Source: Eledone cirrhosa (lineage: Eukaryota). From it: a DNA stretch of 64,000 nt. The position numbers and the translations under genes were made by a program. The stretch spans positions 3,844,001 to 3,908,000 of the forward strand of contig OZ024744.1 in NCBI GenBank assembly GCA_964016885.1. Direction: 5' to 3'. Shown here one piece after another: positions 26,090-40,400 of the stretch. The notes under the pieces were generated by a model. That model was not told the origin of the DNA. It ran no database searches and saw only the letters and a list, made by a program, of their open reading frames with translations. Numbering within the stretch: position 1 is the first letter of the stretch; the number at the start of each line of letters is the position of its first letter.

Positions 26090-29000
26090 AAGATAGCTTG
26101 GTGAAGAACGAAGTTTTGTGTGAATACAAGGTAGAGAAAGATAGCTTGGTGAAGAACGAAGTTTTGGGGGAAGACAAGGCAGAGAAAGATAGATTGGTGA
26201 AGAACGAAGTTTTGAGGGATGACAAGGTAGAGAAAGATGACTTGGTGAAGAAAGAAGTTTTGGGGGAAGACAAGGTAGAGAAAGATAGCTTGGTGAAGAA
26301 CGAAGTTTTGGGGGAAGACAAGGTAGAGAAAGATAGCTTGGTGAAGAACGAAGTTTTGAGGGAAGACAAGGTAGAGAAAGATAGCTTGGTGAATAACGAA
26401 GTTTTGGGAGAAGACAAGGTAGAGAAAGATAGCTTGGTGAAGAACGATGTTTTGAGGGAAGACAAGGTAGAGAAAGATAGCTTGGTGAAGAACGACGTTT
26501 TGAGGGAAGACAAGGTAGAGAAAGATAGCTTGGTGAAGAACGACGTTTTGTGGGAAGACAAGGTAGAGAAAGATAGCTTGGTGAAGAACGAAGTTTTGGG
26601 GGAAGACAAGGTAGAGAAAGATAGCTTGCGAAGAACGAAGTTTTGGGGGAAGACAAGGTAGAGAAAGATAGGTTGGTGAAGAACGAAGTTTTGGGGGAAG
26701 ACAAGGTAGAGAAAGATAGCTTGGTGAAGAACGACGTTTTGAGGGAAGACAAGTTAGAGAAAGATAGCTTGGTGAAGAATGACGTTTTGTGGGAAGACAA
26801 GGTAGAGAAAGATAGCTTGGTGAAGAACGAAGTTTTGTGTGAAGACAAGCTAGAGAAAGATAGCTTGGTGAAGAACGACGTTTTGTGGGAAGACAAGGTA
26901 GAGAAAGATAGCTTGGTGAAGAACGAAGTTTTGGGGGAAGACAAGGTAGAGAAAGATAGCTTGGTGAAGAACGAAGTTTTGGGGGAAGACAAGGTAGAGG
27001 AAGAGAGCTTGGTGAAGAACGACGTTTTGATGAAAGAAAAGGTAGAGAAAGATAGCTTGGTGAAGAACGAAGTTTTGGGGAAGACAATGTAGAGAAAGAT
27101 AGCTTGGTGAAGAACGAAGTTTTGGGGGAAGACAAGGTAGAGAAAGATAGCTTGGTGAAGAACGAAGTTCTGAGGGAAGACAAGGTAGAGAAAGATAGCT
27201 TGGTGAAGAACGAAGTTTTGGGAGAAGACAAGGTAGAGAAAGATATCTTGGTGAAGAACGAAGTTTTGACGGAAGACAACGTAGAGAAAGATAGCTTGGT
27301 GAAGAATGACGTTTTGTGGGAAGACAAGGTAGAGAAAGATAGCTTGGTGAAGAACGAAATTTTGTGTGAAGACAAGGTAGAGAAAGATAGCTTGGTGAAG
27401 AACGAAGTTTTGGGGGAAGACAAGGCAGAGAAAGATAGATTGGTGAAGAACGAAGTTTTGAGGGATGACAAGGTAGAGAAAGATGACTTGGTGAAGAAAG
27501 AAGTTTTGGGGGAAGACAAGGTAGAGAAAGATAGCTTGGTGAAGAACGAAGTTTTGGGGGAAGACAAGGTAGAGAAAGATAGCTTGGTGAAGAACGAAGT
27601 TTTGGGGGAAAACAAGGTAGAGAAAGATAGCTTGGTGAAGAACGAAGTTTTGAGGGAAGACAAGGTAGAGAAAGATAGCTTGGTGAATAACGAAGTTTTG
27701 GGAGAAGACAAGGTAGAGAAAGATAGCTTGGTGAAGAACGATGTTTTGAGGGAAGACAAGGTAGAGAAAGATAGCTTGGTGAAGAACGACGTTTTGAGGG
27801 AAGACAAGGTAGAGAAAGATAGCTTGGTGAAGAACGAAGTTCTGAGGGAAGACAAGGTAGAGAAAGATAGCTTGGTGAAGAACGAAGTTTTGGGAGAAAA
27901 CAAGGTAGAGAAAGATATCTTGGTGAAGAACGAATTTCGACGGAAGACAAGGTAGAGAAAGATAGCTTGGTGAAGAATGACGTTTTGTGGGAAGACAAGG
28001 TAGAGAAAGATAGCTTGGTGAAGAACGAAGTTTTGTGTGAAGACAAGCTAGAGAAAGATAGCTTGGTGAAGAACGAAGTTTTGGGGGAAGACAAGGTAGA
28101 GAAAGATAGCTTGGTGAAGAACGAAGTTTTGGGAGAAGACAAGGTAGAGAAAGATAGCTTGGTGAAGAACGAAGTTTTGGGGGAAGACAAGGTAGAGAAA
28201 GATAGCTTGGTGAAGAACGAAGTTTTGAGGGAAGACAAGGTAGAGAAAGATAGCTTGGTGAAGAACGACGTTTTGAGGGAAGACAAGGTAGAGAAAGATA
28301 GCTTGGTGAAGAACGAAGTTTTGGGGGAAGACAAGGTAGAGAAAGAGAGCTTGGTGAAGAACGACGTTTTGATGAAAGACAAGGTAGAGAAAGATAGCTT
28401 GGTGAAGAACGAAGTTTTGGGAAGACAATGTAGAGAAAGATAGCTTGGTGAAGAACGAAGTTTTGGGGGAAGACAAGGTAGAGAAAGATAGCTTGGTGAA
28501 GAACGAAGTTCTGAGGGAAGACAAGGTAGAGAAAGATAGCTTGGTGAAGAACGAAGTTTTGCGAGAAGACAAGGTAGAGAAAGATATCTTGGTGAAGAAC
28601 GAAGTTTTGACGGAAGACAAGGTAGAGAAAGATAGCTTGGTGAAGAATGACGTTTTGTGGGAAGACAAGCTAGAGAAAGATAGCTTGGTGAAGAACGAAG
28701 TTTTGTGTGAATACAAGGTAGAGAAAGATAGCTTGGTGAAGAACGAAGTTTTGGGGGAAGACAAGGCAGAGAAAGATAGATTGGTGAAGAACGAAGTTTT
28801 GAGGGATGACAAGGTAGAGAAAGATGACTTGGTGAAGAAAGAAGTTTTGGGGGAAGACAAGGTAGAGAAAGATAGCTTGGTGAAGAACGAAGTTTTGGGG
28901 GAAGACAAGGTAGAGAAAGATAGCTTGGTGAAGAACGAAGTTTTGAGGGAAGACAAGGTAGAGAAAGATAGCTTGGTGAATAACGAAGTTTTGGGAGAAG

Positions 29001-32000
29001 ACAAGGTAGAGAAAGATAGCTTGGTGAAGAACGATGTTTTGAGGGAAGACAAGGTAGAGAAAGATAGCTTGGTGAAGAACGACGTTTTGAGGGAAGACAA
29101 GGTAGAGAAAGATAGCTTGGTGAAGAACGACGTTTTGTGGGAAGACAAGGTAGAGAAAGATAGCTTGGTGAAGAACGAAGTTTTGGGGGAAGACAAGGTA
29201 GAGAAAGATAGCTTGCGAAGAACGAAGTTTTGGGGGAAGACAAGGTAGAGAAAGATAGGTTGGTGAAGAACGAAGTTTAGGGGGAAGACAAGGTAGAGAA
29301 AGATAGCTTGGTGAAGAACGACGTTTTGAGGGAAGACAAGTTAGAGAAAGATAGCTTGGTGAAGAATGACGTTTTGTGGGAAGACAAGGTAGAGAAAGAT
29401 AGCTTGGTGAAGAACGAAGTTTTGTGTGAAGACAAGCTAGAGAAAGATAGCTTGGTGAAGAACGAAGTTTTGGGGGAAGACAAGGTAGAGAAAGATAGAT
29501 TGGTGAAGAACAAAGTTTTGATGGATGACAAGGTAGAGAAAGATGACTTGGTGAAGAACGAAGTTTTGGGGGAAGACAAGGTAGAGAAAGATAGCTTGGT
29601 GAAGAACGAAGTTTTGTGTGAATACAAGGTAGAGAAAGATAGCTTGGTGAAGAACGAAGTTTTGGGGGAAGACAAGGCAGAGAAAGATAGATTGGTGAAG
29701 AACGAAGTTTTGAGGGATGACAAGGTAGAGAAAGATGACTTGGTGAAGAAAGAAGTTTTGGGGGAAGACAAGGTAGAGAAAGATAGCTTGGTGAAGAACG
29801 AAGTTTTGGGGGAAGACAAGGTAGAGAAAGATAGCTTGGTGAAGAACGAAGTTTTGAGGGAAGACAAGGTAGAGAAAGATAGCTTGGTGAATAACGAAGT
29901 TTTGGGAGAAGACAAGGTAGAGAAAGATAGCTTGGTGAAGAACGATGTTTTGAGGGAAGACAAGGTAGAGAAAGATAGCTTGGTGAAGAACGACGTTTTG
30001 AGGGAAGACAAGGTAGAGAAAGATAGCTTGGTGAAGAACGACGTTTTGTGGGAAGACAAGGTAGAGAAAGATAGCTTGGTGAAGAACGAAGTTTTGGGGG
30101 AAGACAAGGTAGAGAAAGATAGCTTGCGAAGAACGAAGTTTTGGGGGAAGACAAGGTAGAGAAAGATAGGTTGGTGAAGAACGAAGTTTTGGGGGAAGAC
30201 AAGGTAGAGAAAGATAGCTTGGTGAAGAACGACGTTTTGAGGGAAGACAAGTTAGAGAAAGATAGCTTGGTGAAGAATGACGTTTTGTGGGAAGACAAGG
30301 TAGAGAAAGATAGCTTGGTGAAGAACGAAGTTTTGTGTGAAGACAAGCTAGAGAAAGATAGCTTGGTGAAGAACGACGTTTTGTGGGAAGACAAGGTAGA
30401 GAAAGATAGCTTGGTGAAGAACGAAGTTTTGGGGGAAGACAAGGTAGAGAAAGATAGCTTGGTGAAGAACGAAGTTTTGGGGGAAGACAAGGTAGAGGAA
30501 GAGAGCTTGGTGAAGAACGACGTTTTGATGAAAGAAAAGGTAGAGAAAGATAGCTTGGTGAAGAACGAAGTTTTGGGGAAGACAATGTAGAGAAAGATAG
30601 CTTGGTGAAGAACGAAGTTTTGGGGGAAGACAAGGTAGAGAAAGATAGCTTGGTGAAGAACGAAGTTCTGAGGGAAGACAAGGTAGAGAAAGATAGCTTG
30701 GTGAAGAACGAAGTTTTGGGAGAAGACAAGGTAGAGAAAGATATCTTGGTGAAGAACGAAGTTTTGACGGAAGACAACGTAGAGAAAGATAGCTTGGTGA
30801 AGAATGACGTTTTGTGGGAAGACAAGGTAGAGAAAGATAGCTTGGTGAAGAACGAAATTTTGTGTGAAGACAAGGTAGAGAAAGATAGCTTGGTGAAGAA
30901 CGAAGTTTTGGGGGAAGACAAGGCAGAGAAAGATAGATTGGTGAAGAACGAAGTTTTGAGGGATGACAAGGTAGAGAAAGATGACTTGGTGAAGAAAGAA
31001 GTTTTGGGGGAAGACAAGGTAGAGAAAGATAGCTTGGTGAAGAACGAAGTTTTGGGGGAAGACAAGGTAGAGAAAGATAGCTTGGTGAAGAACGAAGTTT
31101 TGGGGGAAAACAAGGTAGAGAAAGATAGCTTGGTGAAGAACGAAGTTTTGAGGGAAGACAAGGTAGAGAAAGATAGCTTGGTGAATAACGAAGTTTTGGG
31201 AGAAGACAAGGTAGAGAAAGATAGCTTGGTGAAGAACGATGTTTTGAGGGAAGACAAGGTAGAGAAAGATAGCTTGGTGAAGAACGACGTTTTGAGGGAA
31301 GACAAGGTAGAGAAAGATAGCTTGGTGAAGAACGAAGTTCTGAGGGAAGACAAGGTAGAGAAAGATAGCTTGGTGAAGAACGAAGTTTTGGGAGAAAACA
31401 AGGTAGAGAAAGATATCTTGGTGAAGAACGAATTTCGACGGAAGACAAGGTAGAGAAAGATAGCTTGGTGAAGAATGACGTTTTGTGGGAAGACAAGGTA
31501 GAGAAAGATAGCTTGGTGAAGAACGAAGTTTTGTGTGAAGACAAGCTAGAGAAAGATAGCTTGGTGAAGAACGAAGTTTTGGGGGAAGACAAGGTAGAGA
31601 AAGATAGCTTGGTGAAGAACGAAGTTTTGGGAGAAGACAAGGTAGAGAAAGATAGCTTGGTGAAGAACGAAGTTTTGGGGGAAGACAAGGTAGAGAAAGA
31701 TAGCTTGGTGAAGAACGAAGTTTTGAGGGAAGACAAGGTAGAGAAAGATAGCTTGGTGAAGAACGACGTTTTGAGGGAAGACAAGGTAGAGAAAGATAGC
31801 TTGGTGAAGAACGAAGTTTTGGGGGAAGACAAGGTAGAGAAAGAGAGCTTGGTGAAGAACGACGTTTTGATGAAAGACAAGGTAGAGAAAGATAGCTTGG
31901 TGAAGAACGAAGTTTTGGGAAGACAATGTAGAGAAAGATAGCTTGGTGAAGAACGAAGTTTTGGGGGAAGACAAGGTAGAGAAAGATAGCTTGGTGAAGA

Positions 32001-34430
32001 ACGAAGTTCTGAGGGAAGACAAGGTAGAGAAAGATAGCTTGGTGAAGAACGAAGTTTTGCGAGAAGACAAGGTAGAGAAAGATATCTTGGTGAAGAACGA
32101 AGTTTTGACGGAAGACAAGGTAGAGAAAGATAGCTTGGTGAAGAATGACGTTTTGTGGGAAGACAAGCTAGAGAAAGATAGCTTGGTGAAGAACGAAGTT
32201 TTGTGTGAATACAAGGTAGAGAAAGATAGCTTGGTGAAGAACGAAGTTTTGGGGGAAGACAAGGCAGAGAAAGATAGATTGGTGAAGAACGAAGTTTTGA
32301 GGGATGACAAGGTAGAGAAAGATGACTTGGTGAAGAAAGAAGTTTTGGGGGAAGACAAGGTAGAGAAAGATAGCTTGGTGAAGAACGAAGTTTTGGGGGA
32401 AGACAAGGTAGAGAAAGATAGCTTGGTGAAGAACGAAGTTTTGGGGGAAAACAAGGTAGAGAAAGATAGCTTGGTGAAGAACGAAGTTTTGAGGGAAGAC
32501 AAGGTAGAGAAAGATAGCTTGGTGAATAACGAAGTTTTGGGAGAAGACAAGGTAGAGAAAGATAGCTTGGTGAAGAACGATGTTTTGAGGGAAGACAAGG
32601 TAGAGAAAGATAGCTTGGTGAAGAACGACGTTTTGAGGGAAGACAAGGTAGAGAAAGATAGCTTGGTGAAGAACGAAGTTCTGAGGGAAGACAAGGTAGA
32701 GAAAGATAGCTTGGTGAAGAACGAAGTTTTGGGAGAAAACAAGGTAGAGAAAGATATCTTGGTGAAGAACGAATTTCGACGGAAGACAAGGTAGAGAAAG
32801 ATAGCTTGGTGAAGAATGACGTTTTGTGGGAAGACAAGGTAGAGAAAGATAGCTTGGTGAAGAACGAAGTTTTGTGTGAAGACAAGCTAGAGAAAGATAG
32901 CTTGGTGAAGAACGAAGTTTTGGGGGAAGACAAGGTAGAGAAAGATAGCTTGGTGAAGAACGAAGTTTTGGGAGAAGACAAGGTAGAGAAAGATAGCTTG
33001 GTGAAGAACGAAGTTTTGGGGGAAGACAAGGTAGAGAAAGATAGCTTGGTGAAGAACGAAGTTTTGAGGGAAGACAAGGTAGAGAAAGATAGCTTGGTGA
33101 AGAACGACGTTTTGAGGGAAGACAAGGTAGAGAAAGATAGCTTGGTGAAGAACGAAGTTTTGGGGGAAGACAAGGTAGAGAAAGAGAGCTTGGTGAAGAA
33201 CGACGTTTTGATGAAAGACAAGGTAGAGAAAGATAGCTTGGTGAAGAACGAAGTTTTGGGAAGACAATGTAGAGAAAGATAGCTTGGTGAAGAACGAAGT
33301 TTTGGGGGAAGACAAGGTAGAGAAAGATAGCTTGGTGAAGAACGAAGTTCTGAGGGAAGACAAGGTAGAGAAAGATAGCTTGGTGAAGAACGAAGTTTTG
33401 CGAGAAGACAAGGTAGAGAAAGATATCTTGGTGAAGAACGAAGTTTTGACGGAAGACAAGGTAGAGAAAGATAGCTTGGTGAAGAATGACGTTTTGTGGG
33501 AAGACAAGCTAGAGAAAGATAGCTTGGTGAAGAACGAAGTTTTGTGTGAATACAAGGTAGAGAAAGATAGCTTGGTGAAGAACGAAGTTTTGGGGGAAGA
33601 CAAGGCAGAGAAAGATAGATTGGTGAAGAACGAAGTTTTGAGGGATGACAAGGTAGAGAAAGATGACTTGGTGAAGAAAGAAGTTTTGGGGGAAGACAAG
33701 GTAGAGAAAGATAGCTTGGTGAAGAACGAAGTTTTGGGGGAAGACAAGGTAGAGAAAGATAGCTTGGTGAAGAACGAAGTTTTGAGGGAAGACAAGGTAG
33801 AGAAAGATAGCTTGGTGAATAACGAAGTTTTGGGAGAAGACAAGGTAGAGAAAGATAGCTTGGTGAAGAACGATGTTTTGAGGGAAGACAAGGTAGAGAA
33901 AGATAGCTTGGTGAAGAACGACGTTTTGAGGGAAGACAAGGTAGAGAAAGATAGCTTGGTGAAGAACGACGTTTTGTGGGAAGACAAGGTAGAGAAAGAT
34001 AGCTTGGTGAAGAACGAAGTTTTGGGGGAAGACAAGGTAGAGAAAGATAGCTTGCGAAGAACGAAGTTTTGGGGGAAGACAAGGTAGAGAAAGATAGGTT
34101 GGTGAAGAACGAAGTTTAGGGGGAAGACAAGGTAGAGAAAGATAGCTTGGTGAAGAACGACGTTTTGAGGGAAGACAAGTTAGAGAAAGATAGCTTGGTG
34201 AAGAATGACGTTTTGTGGGAAGACAAGGTAGAGAAAGATAGCTTGGTGAAGAACGAAGTTTTGTGTGAAGACAAGCTAGAGAAAGATAGCTTGGTGAAGA
34301 ACGAAGTTTTGGGGGAAGACAAGGTAGAGAAAGATAGATTGGTGAAGAACAAAGTTTTGATGGATGACAAGGTAGAGAAAGATGACTTGGTGAAGAACGA
34401 AGTTTTGGGGGAAGACAAGGTAGAGAAAGA
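26090..34430 (+). repeat. Tandem duplication of a 3498-bp unit; the second copy carries an extra 1341 bp
   Basis: ORFs 26643/30141, 27104/30602 and 27967/31465 are identical at offset 3498 (73x48-6). Beyond ~32.4 kb the offset becomes 4839 = 3498+1341 (28445/33284, 29308/34147). Confidence 0.8.
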
Positions 34431-37400
34431 TAGCTTGGTGAAGAACGAAGTTTTGAGGGAAGACAAGGTAGAGAAAGATAGCTTGGTGAATAACGAAGTT
34501 TTGGGAGAAGACAAGGTAGAGAAAGATAGCTTGGTGAAGAACGAAGTTTTGGGGGAAGACAAGGTAGAGAAAGATAGCTTGGTGAAGAACGAAGTTTTGG
34601 GAAGACAATGTAGAGAAAGATAGCTTGGTGAAGAACGAAGTTTTGGGGGAAGACAAGGTAGAGAAAGATAGCTTGGTGAAGAACGAAGTTCTGAGGGAAG
34701 ACAAGGTAGAGAAAGATAGCTTGGTGAAGAACGAAGTTTTGCGAGAAGACAAGGTAGAGAAAGATATCTTGGTGAAGAACGAAGTTTTGACGGAAGACAA
34801 GGTAGAGAAAGATAGCTTGGTGAAGAATGACGTTTTGTGGGAAGACAAGCTAGAGAAAGATAGCTTGGTGAAGAACGAAGTTTTGTGTGAATACAAGGTA
34901 GAGAAAGATAGCTTGGTGAAGAACGAAGTTTTGGGGGAAGACAAGGCAGAGAAAGATAGATTGGTGAAGAACGAAGTTTTGAGGGATGACAAGGTAGAGA
35001 AAGATGACTTGGTGAAGAAAGAAGTTTTGGGGGAAGACAAGGTAGAGAAAGATAGCTTGGTGAAGAACGAAGTTTTGGGGGAAGACAAGGTAGAGAAAGA
35101 TAGCTTGGTGAAGAACGAAGTTTTGAGGGAAGACAAGGTAGAGAAAGATAGCTTGGTGAATAACGAAGTTTTGGGAGAAGACAAGGTAGAGAAAGATAGC
35201 TTGGTGAAGAAAGATGTTTTGAGGGAAGACAAGGTAGAGAAAGATAGCTTGGTGAAGAACGACGTTTTGAGGGAAGACAAGGTAGAGAAAGATAGCTTGG
35301 TGAAGAACGACGTTTTGTGGGAAGACAAGGTAGAGAAAGATAGCTTGGTGAAGAACGAAGTTTTGGGGGAAGACAAGGTAGAGAAAGATAGCTTGCGAAG
35401 AACGAAGTTTTGGGGGAAGACAAGGTAGAGAAAGATAGGTTGGTGAAGAACGAAGTTTTGGGGGAAGACAAGGTAGAGAAAGATAGCTTGGTGAAGAACG
35501 ACGTTTTGAGGGAAGACAAGTTAGAGAAAGATAGCTTGGTGAAGAATGACGTTTTGTGGGAAGACAAGGTAGAGAAAGATAGCTTGGTGAAGAACGAAGT
35601 TTTGTGTGAAGACAAGCTAGAGAAAGATAGCTTGGTGAAGAACGAAGTTTTGGGGGAAGACAAGGTAGAGAAAGATAGATTGGTGAAGAACAAAGTTTTG
35701 ATGGATGACAAGGTAGAGAAAGATGACTTGGTGAAGAACGAAGTTTTGGGGGAAGACAAGGTAGAGAAAGATAGCTTGGTGAAGAACGAAGTTTTGAGGG
35801 AAGACAAGGTAGAGAAAGATAGCTTGGTGAATAACGAAGTTTTGGGAGAAGACAAGGTAGAGAAAGATAGCTTGGTGAAGAACGAAGTTTTGGGGGAAGA
35901 CAAGGTAGAGAAAGATAGCTTGGTGAAGAACGAAGTTTTGAGGGAAGACAAGGTAGAGAAAGATAGCTTGGTGAAGAACGATGTTTTGAGGGAAGACAAG
36001 GTAGAGAAAGATAGCTTGGTGAAGAACGACGTTTTGAGGGAAGACAAGGTAGAGAAAGATAGCTTGGTGAAGAACGACGTTTTGTGGGAAGACAAGGTAG
36101 AGAAAGATAGCTTGGTGAAGAACGATGTTTTGAGGGAAGACAAGGTAGAGAAAGATAGCTTGGTGAAGAACGACGTTTTGAGGGAAGACAAGGTAGAGAA
36201 AGATAGCTTGGTGAAGAACGACGTTTTGTGGGAAGACAAGGTAGAGAAAGATAGCTTGGTGAAGAACGAAGTTTTGGGGGAAGACAAGGTAGAGAAAGAT
36301 AGCTTGCGAAGAACGAAGTTTTGGGGGAAGACAAGGTAGAGAAAGATAGGTTGGTGAAGAACGAAGTTTAGGGGGAAGACAAGGTAGAGAAAGATAGCTT
36401 GGTGAAGAACGACGTTTTGAGGGAAGACAAGTTAGAGAAAGATAGCTTGGTGAAGAATGACGTTTTGTGGGAAGACAAGGTAGAGAAAGATAGCTTGGTG
36501 AAGAACGAAGTTTTGTGTGAAGACAAGCTAGAGAAAGATAGCTTGGTGAAGAACGAAGTTTTGGGGGAAGACAAGGTAGAGAAAGATAGATTGGTGAAGA
36601 ACAAAGTTTTGATGGATGACAAGGTAGAGAAAGATGACTTGGTGAAGAACGAAGTTTTGGGGGAAGACAAGGTAGAGAAAGATAGCTTGGTGAAGAACGA
36701 AGTTTTGTGTGAATACAAGGTAGAGAAAGATAGCTTGGTGAAGAACGAAGTTTTGGGGGAAGACAAGGCAGAGAAAGATAGATTGGTGAAGAACGAAGTT
36801 TTGAGGGATGACAAGGTAGAGAAAGATGACTTGGTGAAGAAAGAAGTTTTGGGGGAAGACAAGGTAGAGAAAGATAGCTTGGTGAAGAACGAAGTTTTGG
36901 GGGAAGACAAGGTAGAGAAAGATAGCTTGGTGAAGAACGAAGTTTTGAGGGAAGACAAGGTAGAGAAAGATAGCTTGGTGAATAACGAAGTTTTGGGAGA
37001 AGACAAGGTAGAGAAAGATAGCTTGGTGAAGAACGATGTTTTGAGGGAAGACAAGGTAGAGAAAGATAGCTTGGTGAAGAACGACGTTTTGAGGGAAGAC
37101 AAGGTAGAGAAAGATAGCTTGGTGAAGAACGACGTTTTGTGGGAAGACAAGGTAGAGAAAGATAGCTTGGTGAAGAACGAAGTTTTGGGGGAAGACAAGG
37201 TAGAGAAAGATAGCTTGCGAAGAACGAAGTTTTGGGGGAAGACAAGGTAGAGAAAGATAGGTTGGTGAAGAACGAAGTTTTGGGGGAAGACAAGGTAGAG
37301 AAAGATAGCTTGGTGAAGAACGACGTTTTGAGGGAAGACAAGTTAGAGAAAGATAGCTTGGTGAAGAATGACGTTTTGTGGGAAGACAAGGTAGAGAAAG

Positions 37401-40400
37401 ATAGCTTGGTGAAGAACGAAGTTTTGTGTGAAGACAAGCTAGAGAAAGATAGCTTGGTGAAGAACGACGTTTTGTGGGAAGACAAGGTAGAGAAAGATAG
37501 CTTGGTGAAGAACGAAGTTTTGGGGGAAGACAAGGTAGAGAAAGATAGCTTGGTGAAGAACGAAGTTTTGGGGGAAGACAAGGTAGAGGAAGAGAGCTTG
37601 GTGAAGAACGACGTTTTGATGAAAGAAAAGGTAGAGAAAGATAGCTTGGTGAAGAACGAAGTTTTGGGGAAGACAATGTAGAGAAAGATAGCTTGGTGAA
37701 GAACGAAGTTTTGGGGGAAGACAAGGTAGAGAAAGATAGCTTGGTGAAGAACGAAGTTCTGAGGGAAGACAAGGTAGAGAAAGATAGCTTGGTGAAGAAC
37801 GAAGTTTTGGGAGAAGACAAGGTAGAGAAAGATATCTTGGTGAAGAACGAAGTTTTGACGGAAGACAACGTAGAGAAAGATAGCTTGGTGAAGAATGACG
37901 TTTTGTGGGAAGACAAGGTAGAGAAAGATAGCTTGGTGAAGAACGAAATTTTGTGTGAAGACAAGGTAGAGAAAGATAGCTTGGTGAAGAACGAAGTTTT
38001 GGGGGAAGACAAGGCAGAGAAAGATAGATTGGTGAAGAACGAAGTTTTGAGGGATGACAAGGTAGAGAAAGATGACTTGGTGAAGAAAGAAGTTTTGGGG
38101 GAAGACAAGGTAGAGAAAGATAGCTTGGTGAAGAACGAAGTTTTGGGGGAAGACAAGGTAGAGAAAGATAGCTTGGTGAAGAACGAAGTTTTGGGGGAAA
38201 ACAAGGTAGAGAAAGATAGCTTGGTGAAGAACGAAGTTTTGAGGGAAGACAAGGTAGAGAAAGATAGCTTGGTGAATAACGAAGTTTTGGGAGAAGACAA
38301 GGTAGAGAAAGATAGCTTGGTGAAGAACGATGTTTTGAGGGAAGACAAGGTAGAGAAAGATAGCTTGGTGAAGAACGACGTTTTGAGGGAAGACAAGGTA
38401 GAGAAAGATAGCTTGGTGAAGAACGAAGTTCTGAGGGAAGACAAGGTAGAGAAAGATAGCTTGGTGAAGAACGAAGTTTTGGGAGAAAACAAGGTAGAGA
38501 AAGATATCTTGGTGAAGAACGAATTTCGACGGAAGACAAGGTAGAGAAAGATAGCTTGGTGAAGAATGACGTTTTGTGGGAAGACAAGGTAGAGAAAGAT
38601 AGCTTGGTGAAGAACGAAGTTTTGTGTGAAGACAAGCTAGAGAAAGATAGCTTGGTGAAGAACGAAGTTTTGGGGGAAGACAAGGTAGAGAAAGATAGCT
38701 TGGTGAAGAACGAAGTTTTGGGAGAAGACAAGGTAGAGAAAGATAGCTTGGTGAAGAACGAAGTTTTGGGGGAAGACAAGGTAGAGAAAGATAGCTTGGT
38801 GAAGAACGAAGTTTTGAGGGAAGACAAGGTAGAGAAAGATAGCTTGGTGAAGAACGACGTTTTGAGGGAAGACAAGGTAGAGAAAGATAGCTTGGTGAAG
38901 AACGAAGTTTTGGGGGAAGACAAGGTAGAGAAAGAGAGCTTGGTGAAGAACGACGTTTTGATGAAAGACAAGGTAGAGAAAGATAGCTTGGTGAAGAACG
39001 AAGTTTTGGGAAGACAATGTAGAGAAAGATAGCTTGGTGAAGAACGAAGTTTTGGGGGAAGACAAGGTAGAGAAAGATAGCTTGGTGAAGAACGAAGTTC
39101 TGAGGGAAGACAAGGTAGAGAAAGATAGCTTGGTGAAGAACGAAGTTTTGCGAGAAGACAAGGTAGAGAAAGATATCTTGGTGAAGAACGAAGTTTTGAC
39201 GGAAGACAAGGTAGAGAAAGATAGCTTGGTGAAGAATGACGTTTTGTGGGAAGACAAGCTAGAGAAAGATAGCTTGGTGAAGAACGAAGTTTTGTGTGAA
39301 TACAAGGTAGAGAAAGATAGCTTGGTGAAGAACGAAGTTTTGGGGGAAGACAAGGCAGAGAAAGATAGATTGGTGAAGAACGAAGTTTTGAGGGATGACA
39401 AGGTAGAGAAAGATGACTTGGTGAAGAAAGAAGTTTTGGGGGAAGACAAGGTAGAGAAAGATAGCTTGGTGAAGAACGAAGTTTTGGGGGAAGACAAGGT
39501 AGAGAAAGATAGCTTGGTGAAGAACGAAGTTTTGAGGGAAGACAAGGTAGAGAAAGATAGCTTGGTGAATAACGAAGTTTTGGGAGAAGACAAGGTAGAG
39601 AAAGATAGCTTGGTGAAGAACGATGTTTTGAGGGAAGACAAGGTAGAGAAAGATAGCTTGGTGAAGAACGACGTTTTGAGGGAAGACAAGGTAGAGAAAG
39701 ATAGCTTGGTGAAGAACGACGTTTTGTGGGAAGACAAGGTAGAGAAAGATAGCTTGGTGAAGAACGAAGTTTTGGGGGAAGACAAGGTAGAGAAAGATAG
39801 CTTGCGAAGAACGAAGTTTTGGGGGAAGACAAGGTAGAGAAAGATAGGTTGGTGAAGAACGAAGTTTAGGGGGAAGACAAGGTAGAGAAAGATAGCTTGG
39901 TGAAGAACGACGTTTTGAGGGAAGACAAGTTAGAGAAAGATAGCTTGGTGAAGAATGACGTTTTGTGGGAAGACAAGGTAGAGAAAGATAGCTTGGTGAA
40001 GAACGAAGTTTTGTGTGAAGACAAGCTAGAGAAAGATAGCTTGGTGAAGAACGAAGTTTTGGGGGAAGACAAGGTAGAGAAAGATAGATTGGTGAAGAAC
40101 AAAGTTTTGATGGATGACAAGGTAGAGAAAGATGACTTGGTGAAGAACGAAGTTTTGGGGGAAGACAAGGTAGAGAAAGATAGCTTGGTGAAGAACGAAG
40201 TTTTGAGGGAAGACAAGGTAGAGAAAGATAGCTTGGTGAATAACGAAGTTTTGGGAGAAGACAAGGTAGAGAAAGATAGCTTGGTGAAGAACGAAGTTTT
40301 GGGGGAAGACAAGGTAGAGAAAGATAGCTTGGTGAAGAACGAAGTTTTGGGAAGACAATGTAGAGAAAGATAGCTTGGTGAAGAACGAAGTTTTGGGGGA